In this document: piece after piece, positions 37,668 through 47,387 of the stretch | Layout: every line of letters begins with the position of its first letter | Numbering within the stretch: position 1 is the stretch's first letter | Source of the DNA: a bacterium | GTDB taxonomy: Bacteria > Patescibacteriota > Minisyncoccia > Phycocordibacterales > Zambryskibacteraceae | DNA length: 64,000 nt | Assembly (NCBI GenBank): GCA_030650605.1 | Contig: JAUSDP010000100.1 | Location: 16,383 to 80,382 of the forward strand | Direction: 5' to 3' | Notes under the pieces: generated by a model | Told to the model about the DNA's origin: nothing | Databases searched by the model: none | Seen by the model: only the letters and a program-made list of their open reading frames with translations | Program-made: the position numbers and the translations under genes

Positions 37668-38280
37668 TTATAAGCTGCTTATAATTGTTTATTTATTAGC
37701 CGATTGAACTCAAAAATATTCGTTAATATAGTCTACTTCATACACTATCTATTCTTCTTCATAGCTGAATTTTAGAACCCAATTATAAGCAGCTTATAAA
37801 CCGTAAAATATGCTCTTTGAAATTCATTCAACAATCATAGCTTTTACCGGTCCGATTAATTTCTAAAATATAAGCCGCTTATAAACCGTAAAATATGCTT
37901 TTTAAGGTTTCACTGGAATATTTGGTAACAACAAAGAAGATAAAAATTGAAAAATAGATTTTGTGATTACGTATTTGACGCAAATGTTGAAAATTTACTG
38001 AAAATCCAAACCGTAAAATATGCTCTTACATAAATTCTATATGGAAATCGTTCATATTTATGGAAGAAATTTTATAAGCAGCTTATAAACCTAAAACTAT
38101 GCTGTTTCAATTTGCAATTGCATCAAATAGAGCAGCTGAAGTATTTTAAAGAAATTGAATAAAACCACATAGCTGAATATTCTTAAGGCAATAAGTAAAA
38201 CTATAATTATTATTTCACACAATGTGAAAGTCATAATAATCAAAACAAGTCCTGAAACGAACGGTAAATGTATAACCGTA
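37668..38280. repeat. Composite repeat array: 17-bp palindromes TTATAAGCWGCTTATAA (x4) abutting 16-bp iteron-like repeats AACCGTAAAATATGCT (x5)
   Basis: Palindromes at 37668-37684, 37783-37799, about 37869-37883 (shorter arms) and 38072-38088. Iteron-like units at 37799-37814, 37884-37899, 38009-38024, 38088-38103 (variant) and 38265-38280. The reverse complement AGCATATTTTACGGTT resembles the oriV iterons AGCATAGTTTCAGGGA / AGCAGAGTTTACGGGA. Confidence 0.6.
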
Positions 38281-38324
38281 AAATATGCTATCTCATACAC
38301 TATAATTTTAAAAAAAGCATGGCC

Positions 38325-38352
38325 CGAAAAAAACCCCGCATAAAGCGGGGCA
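38325..38352 (-). terminator. Rho-independent terminator of the parAB operon
   Basis: On the minus strand, ccccgctttatgcgggg is followed by tttttttcggg, 27 bp downstream of the parB stop. Confidence 0.55.
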
Positions 38353-38378
38353 TCTTGTAAGTGAGTACTTAGTATGAA

Positions 38379-39365
38379 CTACTGATTGCTAAGAACAAGA
38401 TTTCTTAAGGCGTCAATCATTAGGCTGTTAACCACATTCTTATCTATATTTTCGTCCTTTATATCAATAACGATTTGATTATTTTTAATTTTCACAGTGA
38501 ACATAGAATCTCCCTGTAAATTTGAAACAATCGTAGGCTTAACAATCGGACTACGACTACGGTTCAATAATGCTCGTTCCACGAATGATCGTAAATCATC
38601 ACTGTTAAGTTCGTTATTATCAATAAGCTGCTCAATGCCCTGAGTTATTGTATCGATGCCTAACGGAAATTCCTTCATTAAATCTGAGACGACAACTCCA
38701 TATCGATATCCAAAAAGCCCAGGATATTTATCAAGAATATCTTTGACTTCGAGTGGCAAAGATAAAAGACTTAAACATTGCGAGACTCGAGCTTGAGTGC
38801 AACCAAATAAACGAGCAACCTCAGTTTGGTTTTTTGCAAATCCACGATCCACACTTTTGCGGTAGGCTAAACCCTTTTCATAGTCAGTAAGGTCTACCCG
38901 TCCTTCATTGCTAACTAAAGTTGCAAGCTCGGCATCGCGGTCATTTAAAACAACTATTTGGGCCTTTATGGTGCTCCAGCCAATTAACCTGGCAGCACGT
39001 ACTCGACGATGGCCTGCAATAAGCTCAAAACGCCCCGTAGGGAGTTTTCTAACGATAATTGGATCGTCTTGCCCTCGATCCTGAAGCATCTCTCCTAATG
39101 CCTGAATATAACCTTCATCGTACCTAGAACGTGGTTGCCATGGCGAGTCATCAACTAAATTGACTGCAATTGTTTCAATGTAGTTATTACCATCTTGATT
39201 TACTAATTGAGCATTTTGAGTGTCTTCGATTAAAGCCTCTAAGCTTTTCGAATTGGTAGATGGAGGCTTGGTCATTACCATGCCATTATTTTTTGTCGCC
39301 ATATCTTGCTGAAACTTCCTTCTCAGCTCATCGTTAAATTCAGCTTCGGTTTTCTTTTGATTCAT
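38379..39365 (-). CDS. parB: ParB-family partition protein, 328 aa
   Basis: ParB N-terminal box IVRKLPTGRFELIAGHRRVRAARL. 4-nt overlap with parA upstream. Confidence 0.8.
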   Translation of the reverse strand: MNQKKTEAEFNDELRRKFQQDMATKNNGMVMTKPPSTNSKSLEALIEDTQNAQLVNQDGNNYIETIAVNLVDDSPWQPRSRYDEGYIQALGEMLQDRGQDDPIIVRKLPTGRFELIAGHRRVRAARLIGWSTIKAQIVVLNDRDAELATLVSNEGRVDLTDYEKGLAYRKSVDRGFAKNQTEVARLFGCTQARVSQCLSLLSLPLEVKDILDKYPGLFGYRYGVVVSDLMKEFPLGIDTITQGIEQLIDNNELNSDDLRSFVERALLNRSRSPIVKPTIVSNLQGDSMFTVKIKNNQIVIDIKDENIDKNVVNSLMIDALRNLVLSNQ

Positions 39366-40441
39366 AAGACACCCATACGGCCAACGAGAGCCTGTGCAAC
39401 AGCACGCAACTCCACAGAAGCATTACTGCTTGGTTTCGCGACAGCTAATGGCAATTCATAATCTTCAGAAGATAGAACCTTTTTAAATTCTTCAGAGCTA
39501 CTAATCGATTTATCAACCCAAGAATCTTTATATTGATTCACCAAAGTAATAACTTGGGCGGCAACTCGCAATCTAGTCTTATCGTAGAAATTACCCAGAA
39601 TTAACAACTCAGGATACTTTCCTAAGCTACTTTCCATTTCTCCCAAAACTTTCGCTAAATAAGAAACCGATTTTGTACTGTATCTTTCCATAGATACTGG
39701 AGCTACTACATAATCACTGGCTAATAATGCACCCCTGGTCGTTTGATTTTTAGCTGGGGGAGCATCAAAAAGAATAACGTCGTAGGACGATAAATCAAGA
39801 TCAGGATTTGTTCCGTTCATACCTTCATACAAAAATTTGGCAATTGTAGTTTCAGGATTTTTACCCATGATCGTGTCAAGTGTGAAAAGTGCTTCTAGTC
39901 TGTCCAAGCTGACCTCGCTTGGTATCAGATGAGGACCGAATTCTCCGAAGGGCTTTTTGATAACATCATTTAACGGTGGAGTTGATGAAGCCTGCCATTG
40001 CGGCATCAAATGTCCGAAATGATAGTCAATACATTTATCGATTGGAATGTTGTCGTCTAGAGCTTGTTCATGCGTAAGTTCTGCGTCATAACCGAATGAC
40101 ATAGATAAATTAGCTTGAAAATCGAGATCAATAACTAAGGTTTTCAGCCCCATTAATGGGAAAAGTGTGCTTAAATTTGAAGCTACCGTAGTTTTTCCAA
40201 CCCCACCTTTTGGAGCGTAAATTGTCATAATGACTTTACGTTTTGGTGTGAGACCAATTTTCTTAGCTCTAAATCTCGCTAATTCAAAAATGTTTTCAAT
40301 ACTGAAAAGACGAGTTTTAGGACCATCACCAGTCTGTCTTTGAATAAGAATTCCTGATTCGTCTGTATCACGTCGAATGGAATCTACAGTTGTTCCGAGC
40401 AAGTTTGCAACTGCTTGAACCTTGAAAGGTTTGCGTTCCAA
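39362..40441 (-). CDS. parA: ParA-family partition ATPase (type Ia, with N-terminal HTH-like extension), 359 aa
   Basis: Deviant Walker A box TIYAPKGGVGKTTVASN. About 100-aa N-terminal extension. Confidence 0.85.
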   Translation of the reverse strand: MERKPFKVQAVANLLGTTVDSIRRDTDESGILIQRQTGDGPKTRLFSIENIFELARFRAKKIGLTPKRKVIMTIYAPKGGVGKTTVASNLSTLFPLMGLKTLVIDLDFQANLSMSFGYDAELTHEQALDDNIPIDKCIDYHFGHLMPQWQASSTPPLNDVIKKPFGEFGPHLIPSEVSLDRLEALFTLDTIMGKNPETTIAKFLYEGMNGTNPDLDLSSYDVILFDAPPAKNQTTRGALLASDYVVAPVSMERYSTKSVSYLAKVLGEMESSLGKYPELLILGNFYDKTRLRVAAQVITLVNQYKDSWVDKSISSSEEFKKVLSSEDYELPLAVAKPSSNASVELRAVAQALVGRMGVL

Positions 40442-40671
40442 GATAAGTCTCCAGTATTTAAGAGACTAAATGGTAGCCAATAAAAATTGTTTTTGCAAGG
40501 ATTTTTAGTTTTTTTTAGAAATATCCTAGCAAACAAATATTTTTCTGAATCTATAGACTAATCATTGAAAACAACAACAAGCATCTGTTGTTGTTTATTT
40601 TTAAAAACAACATCTTTAAAAACGTTTACGTTACTAAGACCCTTTATACATGCGGCTCTCAGCTTAGATAC

Positions 40672-40860
40672 AGCATAGTATCCGGGTTGAAATGACATAG
40701 TTTTAGGGAAAAAGTCGTTTCAAATAGCAGAGTTTACGGGAGGTAAAATTGTCAGAAAGCATAGTTTCAGGGATGATTTGCAAGTAAAAGCATACTTTCA
40801 GGGATGTCGCAAAAATGATACTGAAATAGCATATTTCTAAAAAATGGAATATGCTATTTC
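40672..40860. repeat. Replication origin iterons (about 5 copies of AGCATAGTTTCAGGGA-like 16-mers) plus inverted-repeat operator upstream of the rep gene
   Basis: Units begin near 40672, 40695, 40723, 40759 and 40790. The inverted repeat aaatagcatattt / aaatatgctattt at 40824-40858 contains the AGCATA half-site. An AT-rich tract with the hairpin aacaacaaca ... tgttgttgtt lies at 40572-40600. Confidence 0.6.
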
Positions 40861-40885
40861 AAAATTTATATAATTCTTAAAATTA

Positions 40886-42094
40886 ATGTCAAACGAAATT
40901 ATCCCAAAAAAAGAATTAAAAAAACACGTCGCGACCATACACACGAGCGGTGTCCTTTCGTTCACAGAGCGTAAGCTTTTAAACGTATTGTTGCTGAATG
41001 CATTCGATAATTTACTCGATAAAAGAATTCATAGTATCCCTGTAAAGTTATTGCTGCCGCTCATAGGCTGGGCCGATAGTTTGAATACGGTGGATCTCAA
41101 AAAATCTCTCTCCAAACTGACAACTACAGAAGTCAAATTTGACTTGCTTGGTGATTCAAAAGAGGAATGGGGTACTACTGCTTTTCTTGCGCACGCAAAA
41201 ATTAAAGATGGCGTTTGTACGTACGAATATAGTTCGTTTCTTTCTACAAAAATGGCGAACCCAGAAATTTATGGAACCATTAATGTGTCAATGCAAAATC
41301 AATTTTCAGGTGGCTATGCTCTGAACCTTTATGAGAACTGTAAGCGTTTCAGAAAAGTGGGTTCCACTGGGTTTATTGAAGTCAGCAAGTGGAAAGATTT
41401 ACTGGGTGCCTCTGCTCCGATGTATGACGACTTTAGACATTTCTCAAATCACGTCATCAAAAAAGCGATGAATGAGATCAATAAGGTCTCCGATATTCAT
41501 ATTGAAGTCGTATATCAAAGACACATGAGGAAAGTTACTCATTTAAAATTTTTGATTACTGATAATTCGCAGCGGTCGATCTATGAAATTGCGATGGAAA
41601 CGCAAGAAAGCGGGTTAGATTTACTCCGTGAAACTAAGGCTTATAAACGATTATTTGAACATGGTATAGGCGATAAACTTGCTCTCTCAATGATCAACGA
41701 GCAGGGTGAGAATAAGATAAATGATCTTATCGATTACGTAGAAAACAAGGACAAGAAAAAGCAAATAAAAGGATCTACCGCTGGATATATTCGGGTACTT
41801 GTTGAGTCCGGTGCGACGGTGACCACTACTGCATATGAAGCCGGAAAACGAAAGAAAGAAATCGAAGAGAATGCGGCGATTAATACGATTGAAAAATCTG
41901 AAATTTCAAAGCAAGAAACCTTTAAGAAATTATTAAAGGTAATGACACTAGAGCAGAAGATTGAATGGGCTCAGAAATATTTTTCGTTAGAAGGCGCCGG
42001 GAAAGAAGCAAATTTCAATGTTGAAAAAGGTGAGTTTTCTAAGGGGGAGCCAAACATTCATTTCATGAGTTGGATGAGAAAACAAAATATTTGA
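40886..42094 (+). CDS. Rep_3-like iteron-binding plasmid replication initiator, 402 aa
   Basis: N-terminal LSFTERKLLNVLLLNAF resembles the conserved winged-helix segment of the Rep_3 family. Sits directly downstream of the iteron cluster. Confidence 0.65.
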   Translation: MSNEIIPKKELKKHVATIHTSGVLSFTERKLLNVLLLNAFDNLLDKRIHSIPVKLLLPLIGWADSLNTVDLKKSLSKLTTTEVKFDLLGDSKEEWGTTAFLAHAKIKDGVCTYEYSSFLSTKMANPEIYGTINVSMQNQFSGGYALNLYENCKRFRKVGSTGFIEVSKWKDLLGASAPMYDDFRHFSNHVIKKAMNEINKVSDIHIEVVYQRHMRKVTHLKFLITDNSQRSIYEIAMETQESGLDLLRETKAYKRLFEHGIGDKLALSMINEQGENKINDLIDYVENKDKKKQIKGSTAGYIRVLVESGATVTTTAYEAGKRKKEIEENAAINTIEKSEISKQETFKKLLKVMTLEQKIEWAQKYFSLEGAGKEANFNVEKGEFSKGEPNIHFMSWMRKQNI

Positions 42095-42196
42095 TAAGTT
42101 TGTTCTTGTTGTTTTTATTAATCGTTATTTCGCAATATTTTGTTCAAGTGAAGTTCCATTTTATTTCCAAGAAATAGATATCTAAAAGAAAAATAC

Positions 42197-43213
42197 ATGC
42201 CACAAGCGCTGACACTAACTACAGAACTTGAAACAATATCCCAAAATTTGATTGATGCATTTGATCTCAAGTTTGAGGAAGAAGATCAAAATTTAATGGA
42301 TCCAATTATTCGATGGCTTGATTATCGATTGCGTTACATTGATCCACGACCAAGAAAGATAATGAAATCGGATGGATTTGATGCGCGCATTCCGATCGAG
42401 GCTCTACCGGTTCTAAAAGCATTTATTAAACTTGTGAAAACCGGGAAAAACCTCAATGCATTTCAAACGGAAACAATTAAGCGTAACGATACTAGCGGCA
42501 CTAAACGTCAATTGCGAACTGATGGATTGTGGGCAGATTGGGGGATACACCACGTTCACCTAACAGATGTGCCATTAAAAAGTGGTAAAGAATTTTCTGC
42601 TCGTTCTGATTGGCTGCTATTTTTCTTAGTAACGGACAATCATCTTGCTCTTATTGATGTGCGACCTCATGGTGAGCAAGGTGTATTTCAGGCCAACGAC
42701 CTGGTTGAAAAAATGATTCGAAGTTGGCCACAAATCACAAAGAGATTCGAGTTGAAGGGAGTATTGGGATTAGCTCGCTCACCGTCAACCGACGCAAATT
42801 CAATTAAAGATCTTAGAATGGGTGGAGTGACTCAAATGATAGAGGTTGATGGTAAGGTATATTGTCCACCAGGATATGGAGTAACAACGGCAGCTACTTC
42901 TACGAAGGTATCTTTAGCTCGCCTCCAAGTTAGGCGGAATGTTGAATCGATTTTGGACTTCTACAATATGCCAGAGGGCCAAATAATGAAGGCTGCTTCT
43001 CTAAAGGGGGTTACAAATCCAGTCCTCTCATTCACGTTGTCGTCGGCGGGGCGACTTGCGATTTCATGCTCTGAGACAGGCGAAAATATTCCGTTTCCAT
43101 CACGCCCTATACAAGGGGACGCGCGTTCCGAACTAGAATATTTATTATTACCTCAGTGGGCTGGTCTGAAACTATTTAAGTATCTTTCAACAAGGCCGGA
43201 TTCTGAATTATGA
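42197..43213 (+). CDS. Hypothetical protein, 338 aa
   Basis: Long ORF. No confident domain. Confidence 0.35.
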   Translation: MPQALTLTTELETISQNLIDAFDLKFEEEDQNLMDPIIRWLDYRLRYIDPRPRKIMKSDGFDARIPIEALPVLKAFIKLVKTGKNLNAFQTETIKRNDTSGTKRQLRTDGLWADWGIHHVHLTDVPLKSGKEFSARSDWLLFFLVTDNHLALIDVRPHGEQGVFQANDLVEKMIRSWPQITKRFELKGVLGLARSPSTDANSIKDLRMGGVTQMIEVDGKVYCPPGYGVTTAATSTKVSLARLQVRRNVESILDFYNMPEGQIMKAASLKGVTNPVLSFTLSSAGRLAISCSETGENIPFPSRPIQGDARSELEYLLLPQWAGLKLFKYLSTRPDSEL

Positions 43214-43311
43214 ACAAATAGTTAATGGGAAATTATCACTTTACAGTCTGTGCATTCTCAAAGTGTATCATTAAAAATAGGTCAATTGATCGTAAATAGG
43301 ATGACTGAATT

Positions 43312-43575
43312 GTGACTAACAAAAATGACGCAGCATATTGTTTGGTGCCCACTGGGTTGACGCAAACAGCTATCTTTTCACCTACATTGAAGCCGAATGA
43401 AAAGCGGAAAGTTAATGTGAAAAATTCTGCACATCCATTTGATGAAATGGTTGTAGATAGTTGGATTTCCGAAGATCAAGGATATAAGTATTTCCATTAT
43501 GAAGATGGAAAGCTTGGTGATGATATAACGATTCCATTTGATGACGCGGTTCGTCAAATGCTAAATGATGATTAA
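43312..43575 (+). CDS. Small hypothetical protein, 87 aa
   Basis: ORF only. Confidence 0.25.
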   Translation: MTNKNDAAYCLVPTGLTQTAIFSPTLKPNEKRKVNVKNSAHPFDEMVVDSWISEDQGYKYFHYEDGKLGDDITIPFDDAVRQMLNDD

Positions 43576-43623
43576 CCGGGATATCTTAGGAGAAATTTTT
43601 CTAAAAAATTCTGAGAGAATAAA

Positions 43624-43872
43624 ATGGACAATGAAAAAATCGAGACACTAAATAAGGGATTTTTAGAGCATGCCCAGGCATTGTTTGGTCCAATTCATAG
43701 TGGATGGAAATTTGTCGGAGTTGAATTCGGAGCGGGACCGCATTTGGTATATCTACCAGAGTCGAAAGAGGTCTTAATTTCGTTAAGTGATCGTGCTCGC
43801 ACAGATGATGTTCAACTTTGGTTTCAGTTGTCACATGAAATGTTGAAATTTTCAATAATTAAAACCATCTAA
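43624..43872 (+). CDS. Small hypothetical protein, 82 aa
   Basis: ORF with the RBS gagagaataaa ATG. Confidence 0.3.
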   Translation: MDNEKIETLNKGFLEHAQALFGPIHSGWKFVGVEFGAGPHLVYLPESKEVLISLSDRARTDDVQLWFQLSHEMLKFSIIKTI

Positions 43873-43882
43873 ATTACAAACC

Positions 43883-44173
43883 ATGGCGAGCAATCTCACG
43901 TCAGAGAAAAAAGTCAATATTGACGAAAGCACCAAGGTTCCTCAGTCAGGACTAAAAGAATACATTGTTAGCCTCGCATTACGGCGCGATGTGGCTTACG
44001 TTAAAACGTATTCCGATGAGTGGGCAGCTACAGTCACTAGGCTTGTGGGTGATGATGTCGAGATGGACGATATCGAATGTACACTGATCGCCTTGAGGCG
44101 GGCCGGAGTCATAAACACAAAACAGATGGGCATACTCCTCGTGGCTTATCTACGGGAGAATTTTAATGTTTGA
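43883..44173 (+). CDS. Small hypothetical protein, 96 aa
   Basis: ORF only. Confidence 0.3.
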   Translation: MASNLTSEKKVNIDESTKVPQSGLKEYIVSLALRRDVAYVKTYSDEWAATVTRLVGDDVEMDDIECTLIALRRAGVINTKQMGILLVAYLRENFNV

Positions 44174-44281
44174 GTTTGGTGATCGTATTGAAAAATACGA
44201 TCACTGATTTGTGCCGTGGCATTTACACAGAATTTCTTACAGGCTCGTCTGAAAAATTGTGTTGCTAGATAGTCGAAAAGT

Positions 44282-45088
44282 CTATTCAATCTCCAAGACT
44301 TCAATTAAGCAAGCCCACTGAAATCCCGGATTCTCAAATTTAAGTTCTTTCGTCGATGCAGCATTGTTACGATTTCTGGCATATCCGAGGGGGTTCGCTA
44401 CAACCCGGCATCCATTTACGACATAATCAAAACTATCGTGCACATGCCCGTGCAGCCATAGGCTTGTTTTCCCTAATAGCTCTTCGAGATTCCCGCTAAC
44501 GAATGCGGCATTCAACGGTTCCCCGATATAGCGCGGGTGGACCGACGATGGGTGAGGTCCGTGATGGGTTACGACAACTGTCTTGCCGTCGTAAGGGGTA
44601 TTCAATTGGTTTAGCAGCCATGCTCGTGACTTATTATGTTCTCCTAGCGCGTGGGCTGGCATAAACACACCTCCGCGTGTTTTTATAATGCGATGGTCAT
44701 TTAGGCTTAGTTCTGCCACTTCCATTAACTGTCGTTGCGTCCTATTACATGGCAGTAGGTAGTCAGTCCACATCGTGCAGCCTAAGAACCTAACGCCGCC
44801 GAAATCCACTACAGAGTTATCCATAAATCGAACAGATGTGCCCTCAGCAGCGCGGTGGAGATCTTCGCGTAGCTTTTCGAACGAATACCCATAGAATTCA
44901 TGGTTGCCAGCTAAATACAGCACAGGCACCGGCCAGTCGTGGAACAACTCTATCGCCTCGGTGCCATTCGATATATCTCCAGCGAGCACGAGTGCGTCTG
45001 CGCCAGCTGCCGGCGAAATTAGCCGTGTTCCAGGAGAATCCCTCTGAAAAAACTCGAGATGTAAATCGGATGCAAGTTGAATTTTCAT
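44282..45088 (-). CDS. Calcineurin-like metallophosphoesterase, 268 aa (paralog 1 of 4)
   Basis: The five MPP motifs in order: SDLHLE, LAGDISNG, LAGNHEFYG, VVTHHGP and HGHVHDS. Confidence 0.7.
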   Translation of the reverse strand: MKIQLASDLHLEFFQRDSPGTRLISPAAGADALVLAGDISNGTEAIELFHDWPVPVLYLAGNHEFYGYSFEKLREDLHRAAEGTSVRFMDNSVVDFGGVRFLGCTMWTDYLLPCNRTQRQLMEVAELSLNDHRIIKTRGGVFMPAHALGEHNKSRAWLLNQLNTPYDGKTVVVTHHGPHPSSVHPRYIGEPLNAAFVSGNLEELLGKTSLWLHGHVHDSFDYVVNGCRVVANPLGYARNRNNAASTKELKFENPGFQWACLIEVLEIE

Positions 45089-45483
45089 GAGATCTCTTCC
45101 ACCAAAGGATTCAAAAAATTCTTCAAGATCTCAAGCCCCCGACATTGGTCATCAATAACAGCTTGATTCTGTTTTCTCAATCCCATTTTGTGAACAATCG
45201 AAAACAAAGGTCTGTATGTTAAATTAAAATTTTTGATCTCTTTTTCATTTCGCATACGCTCTAAAATTAATTTTTGGGCATCCACAAAATCATCTTGAAA
45301 TCGATTGGCCAGGACATCGATTTGCTCATACAAAGAAAGATTCTTGATACCAAAATCAGCCTTCATTTTGCCTGCAAGAGTTTTGATCTCTTCGTGGAGC
45401 TCCGTCAATTCAGAAATTCGGTTATGGATATCAGAATGAAATATGTGATCTGAATTTGAGTCTGAGGAAAGCTGATTAATCAT
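45085..45483 (-). CDS. Hypothetical protein, 132 aa
   Basis: Coupled (4-nt overlap) to the MPP gene downstream and to the 212-aa gene upstream. Confidence 0.35.
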   Translation of the reverse strand: MINQLSSDSNSDHIFHSDIHNRISELTELHEEIKTLAGKMKADFGIKNLSLYEQIDVLANRFQDDFVDAQKLILERMRNEKEIKNFNLTYRPLFSIVHKMGLRKQNQAVIDDQCRGLEILKNFLNPLVEEIS

Positions 45484-46118
45484 TTTGAGAGAGCGCTTTC
45501 AAATATCGATTTTTCTTCAGCTGTTAGTTCAATTAAATCATTATCTTCATCGGATGCCGGAAACTTAACATGATCCATTTTGATTGAGATCGCAGAGAGC
45601 ATCTCGGCTAGCAATCTAAGATCCAAATCTGAGATATACATCTCATATTTTTCTCTGTCGTCGAGTACAAATAGGTGTGCTACATAAATGCCTGCGCTGT
45701 TATAAATCTCGACTTCAATAGCGGCATCTTCGATGAGATCAAGTAATTTATTCCGTACTCCTTCCGAAAAATGATGTGGGCATAGGGGTGAGAGATACCC
45801 ACCGATTTGAGCCGGGGAACCGCGGGATCCGCAAGCCGTGCAAGTAAAAGCCGAACGCCTGATGGCGTCGTTAATCAGATCTTCTATTATTGGGAGCCTG
45901 GTTGCTCCGAAACGAAGTCTTCCAAACTTTTCTTTAATTTGGGTAACTGAGAATTTGGCATCAGTTTCCGCTAGGGCTACCTCAATTTTTGAGCAAAGCT
46001 CATCCAAAAGATTCCCCCAACCTGTTGGAATACAGCTGCCATACAGCTCCTGGTTCCTAATGGATTGTTTAGTAAAACATCGGGGGTGTTTTTTAATGAT
46101 TTCTTCAAATGTGATCAT
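45480..46118 (-). CDS. Hypothetical Cys-rich protein, 212 aa
   Basis: Contains CTACGSRGSP and CPHH motifs suggestive of a metal-binding site. Confidence 0.35.
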   Translation of the reverse strand: MITFEEIIKKHPRCFTKQSIRNQELYGSCIPTGWGNLLDELCSKIEVALAETDAKFSVTQIKEKFGRLRFGATRLPIIEDLINDAIRRSAFTCTACGSRGSPAQIGGYLSPLCPHHFSEGVRNKLLDLIEDAAIEVEIYNSAGIYVAHLFVLDDREKYEMYISDLDLRLLAEMLSAISIKMDHVKFPASDEDNDLIELTAEEKSIFESALSK

Positions 46119-46373
46119 GATTAGTCCAGTTAGATTACTTTCTTAATAAAGCATATTAAAGCAATTTTTTGAGCGAAAACATTGACATCTTCTGTATTTC
46201 AGAGCCGAAAAGCATATGAGATATTCGATAAGCTATAACGCATTCAAATTTATTCAAATAGCAATCCTTCTATCTCATCGCCAAAATTATTTTCAAGAAT
46301 GCTAAAAATCAATATGCGCAAATGAATCATGTGATATATTATATACATATAGTATATAAAAAGGGATTCACAA

Positions 46374-47207
46374 ATGAAAAAATTAACTCAACTGGTAGCC
46401 GGCATCTCACTAATCCTCGCGGCTTCATCTGCATTTTCCCAGGAATACACAGAAGAATGGCGCGTGCTCGGACCAGCATTTTCCAAACACATGAGCAAGT
46501 CTGGAGCGCTCATTACACATAGAGCGTCGAACTACGATTGCAGGATTGGTTCCTGGATGCCTCCAGGTCAAACGGCTTCCGATCTAGAAAAGTTGGGAAT
46601 TCCATCCCAAGTTTGTTCGCTCACTTCGCACGACATGCAATCAGAGCATGACGCGGGCAGATTAGATTGGAAATGTGATTTCTTTGTGAAAGAAATCGGC
46701 ATAGCTTCTTGTAAATTCACAAAGATTGAGGACGTGCCGACTTGGTCCCAAAACAACCCAGCACTTGGTCTGCAATATAGCCGGCGTTATGGCACCCACA
46801 CTGACCAGGTGTTCGGCACTTTCGTCAAGGACTCCTACGGCACGTCCAGCTTCATGGCTGGAGCAGGGCGCCTTTGGCCAGTGGCATCTATCTCGACGTT
46901 TTCAGTTGATGCTGGCATCATTGGTGGCGCCTGGTATCGCAGTGTGCTCAACATCGAGAAGAACACACTATCAAATCGTTTGGTGCCATATGTTTTGCCG
47001 GCGTTGTCGATTACTGAATCCAGAACTGGGCTAGGTATCAATGTCGCATTCGCACCCAAAACTAGATATAAGGGGAAACATGTTGTTCCGACGAATACGT
47101 TTATGTTTCAGACAACATATTTGATAACAAGTAAGAAACATGCGACCTTGTTAAGTGTAGACGTGGGAACAGAAAAACTTGGGGCTTCAGTTAGTACGAG
47201 TTTTTGA
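46374..47207 (+). CDS. Putative outer-membrane beta-barrel protein, 277 aa
   Basis: Signal peptide (MKKLTQLVAGISLILAASSAFSQE), alternating amphipathic strands, and a C-terminal aromatic residue (SVSTSF) typical of OMPs. Confidence 0.4.
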   Translation: MKKLTQLVAGISLILAASSAFSQEYTEEWRVLGPAFSKHMSKSGALITHRASNYDCRIGSWMPPGQTASDLEKLGIPSQVCSLTSHDMQSEHDAGRLDWKCDFFVKEIGIASCKFTKIEDVPTWSQNNPALGLQYSRRYGTHTDQVFGTFVKDSYGTSSFMAGAGRLWPVASISTFSVDAGIIGGAWYRSVLNIEKNTLSNRLVPYVLPALSITESRTGLGINVAFAPKTRYKGKHVVPTNTFMFQTTYLITSKKHATLLSVDVGTEKLGASVSTSF

Positions 47208-47387
47208 AAATGTGGTACCTGTAAGGTCTCACCTTGATTCAGTTTTTCGAAATTATCAAATAACCGTCAGATAGCATAAATACGATACGAAACACTGTAT
47301 GGGCTGATGGATTTACCTGTGTCGCTTAGTATATTATTGAAATCCCAGATGGGACTTCGCTTACCAAAACACTAGGCTCCAATCACA

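Noticed and set aside
37668-38280. Possible CRISPR array (repeated about 30-bp units in a non-coding region)
   Set aside because: Repeat spacing is irregular (about 80 to 180 bp). The units are partly palindromic and match the plasmid's own iterons. No cas genes are present. It is better explained as an iteron/parS array.
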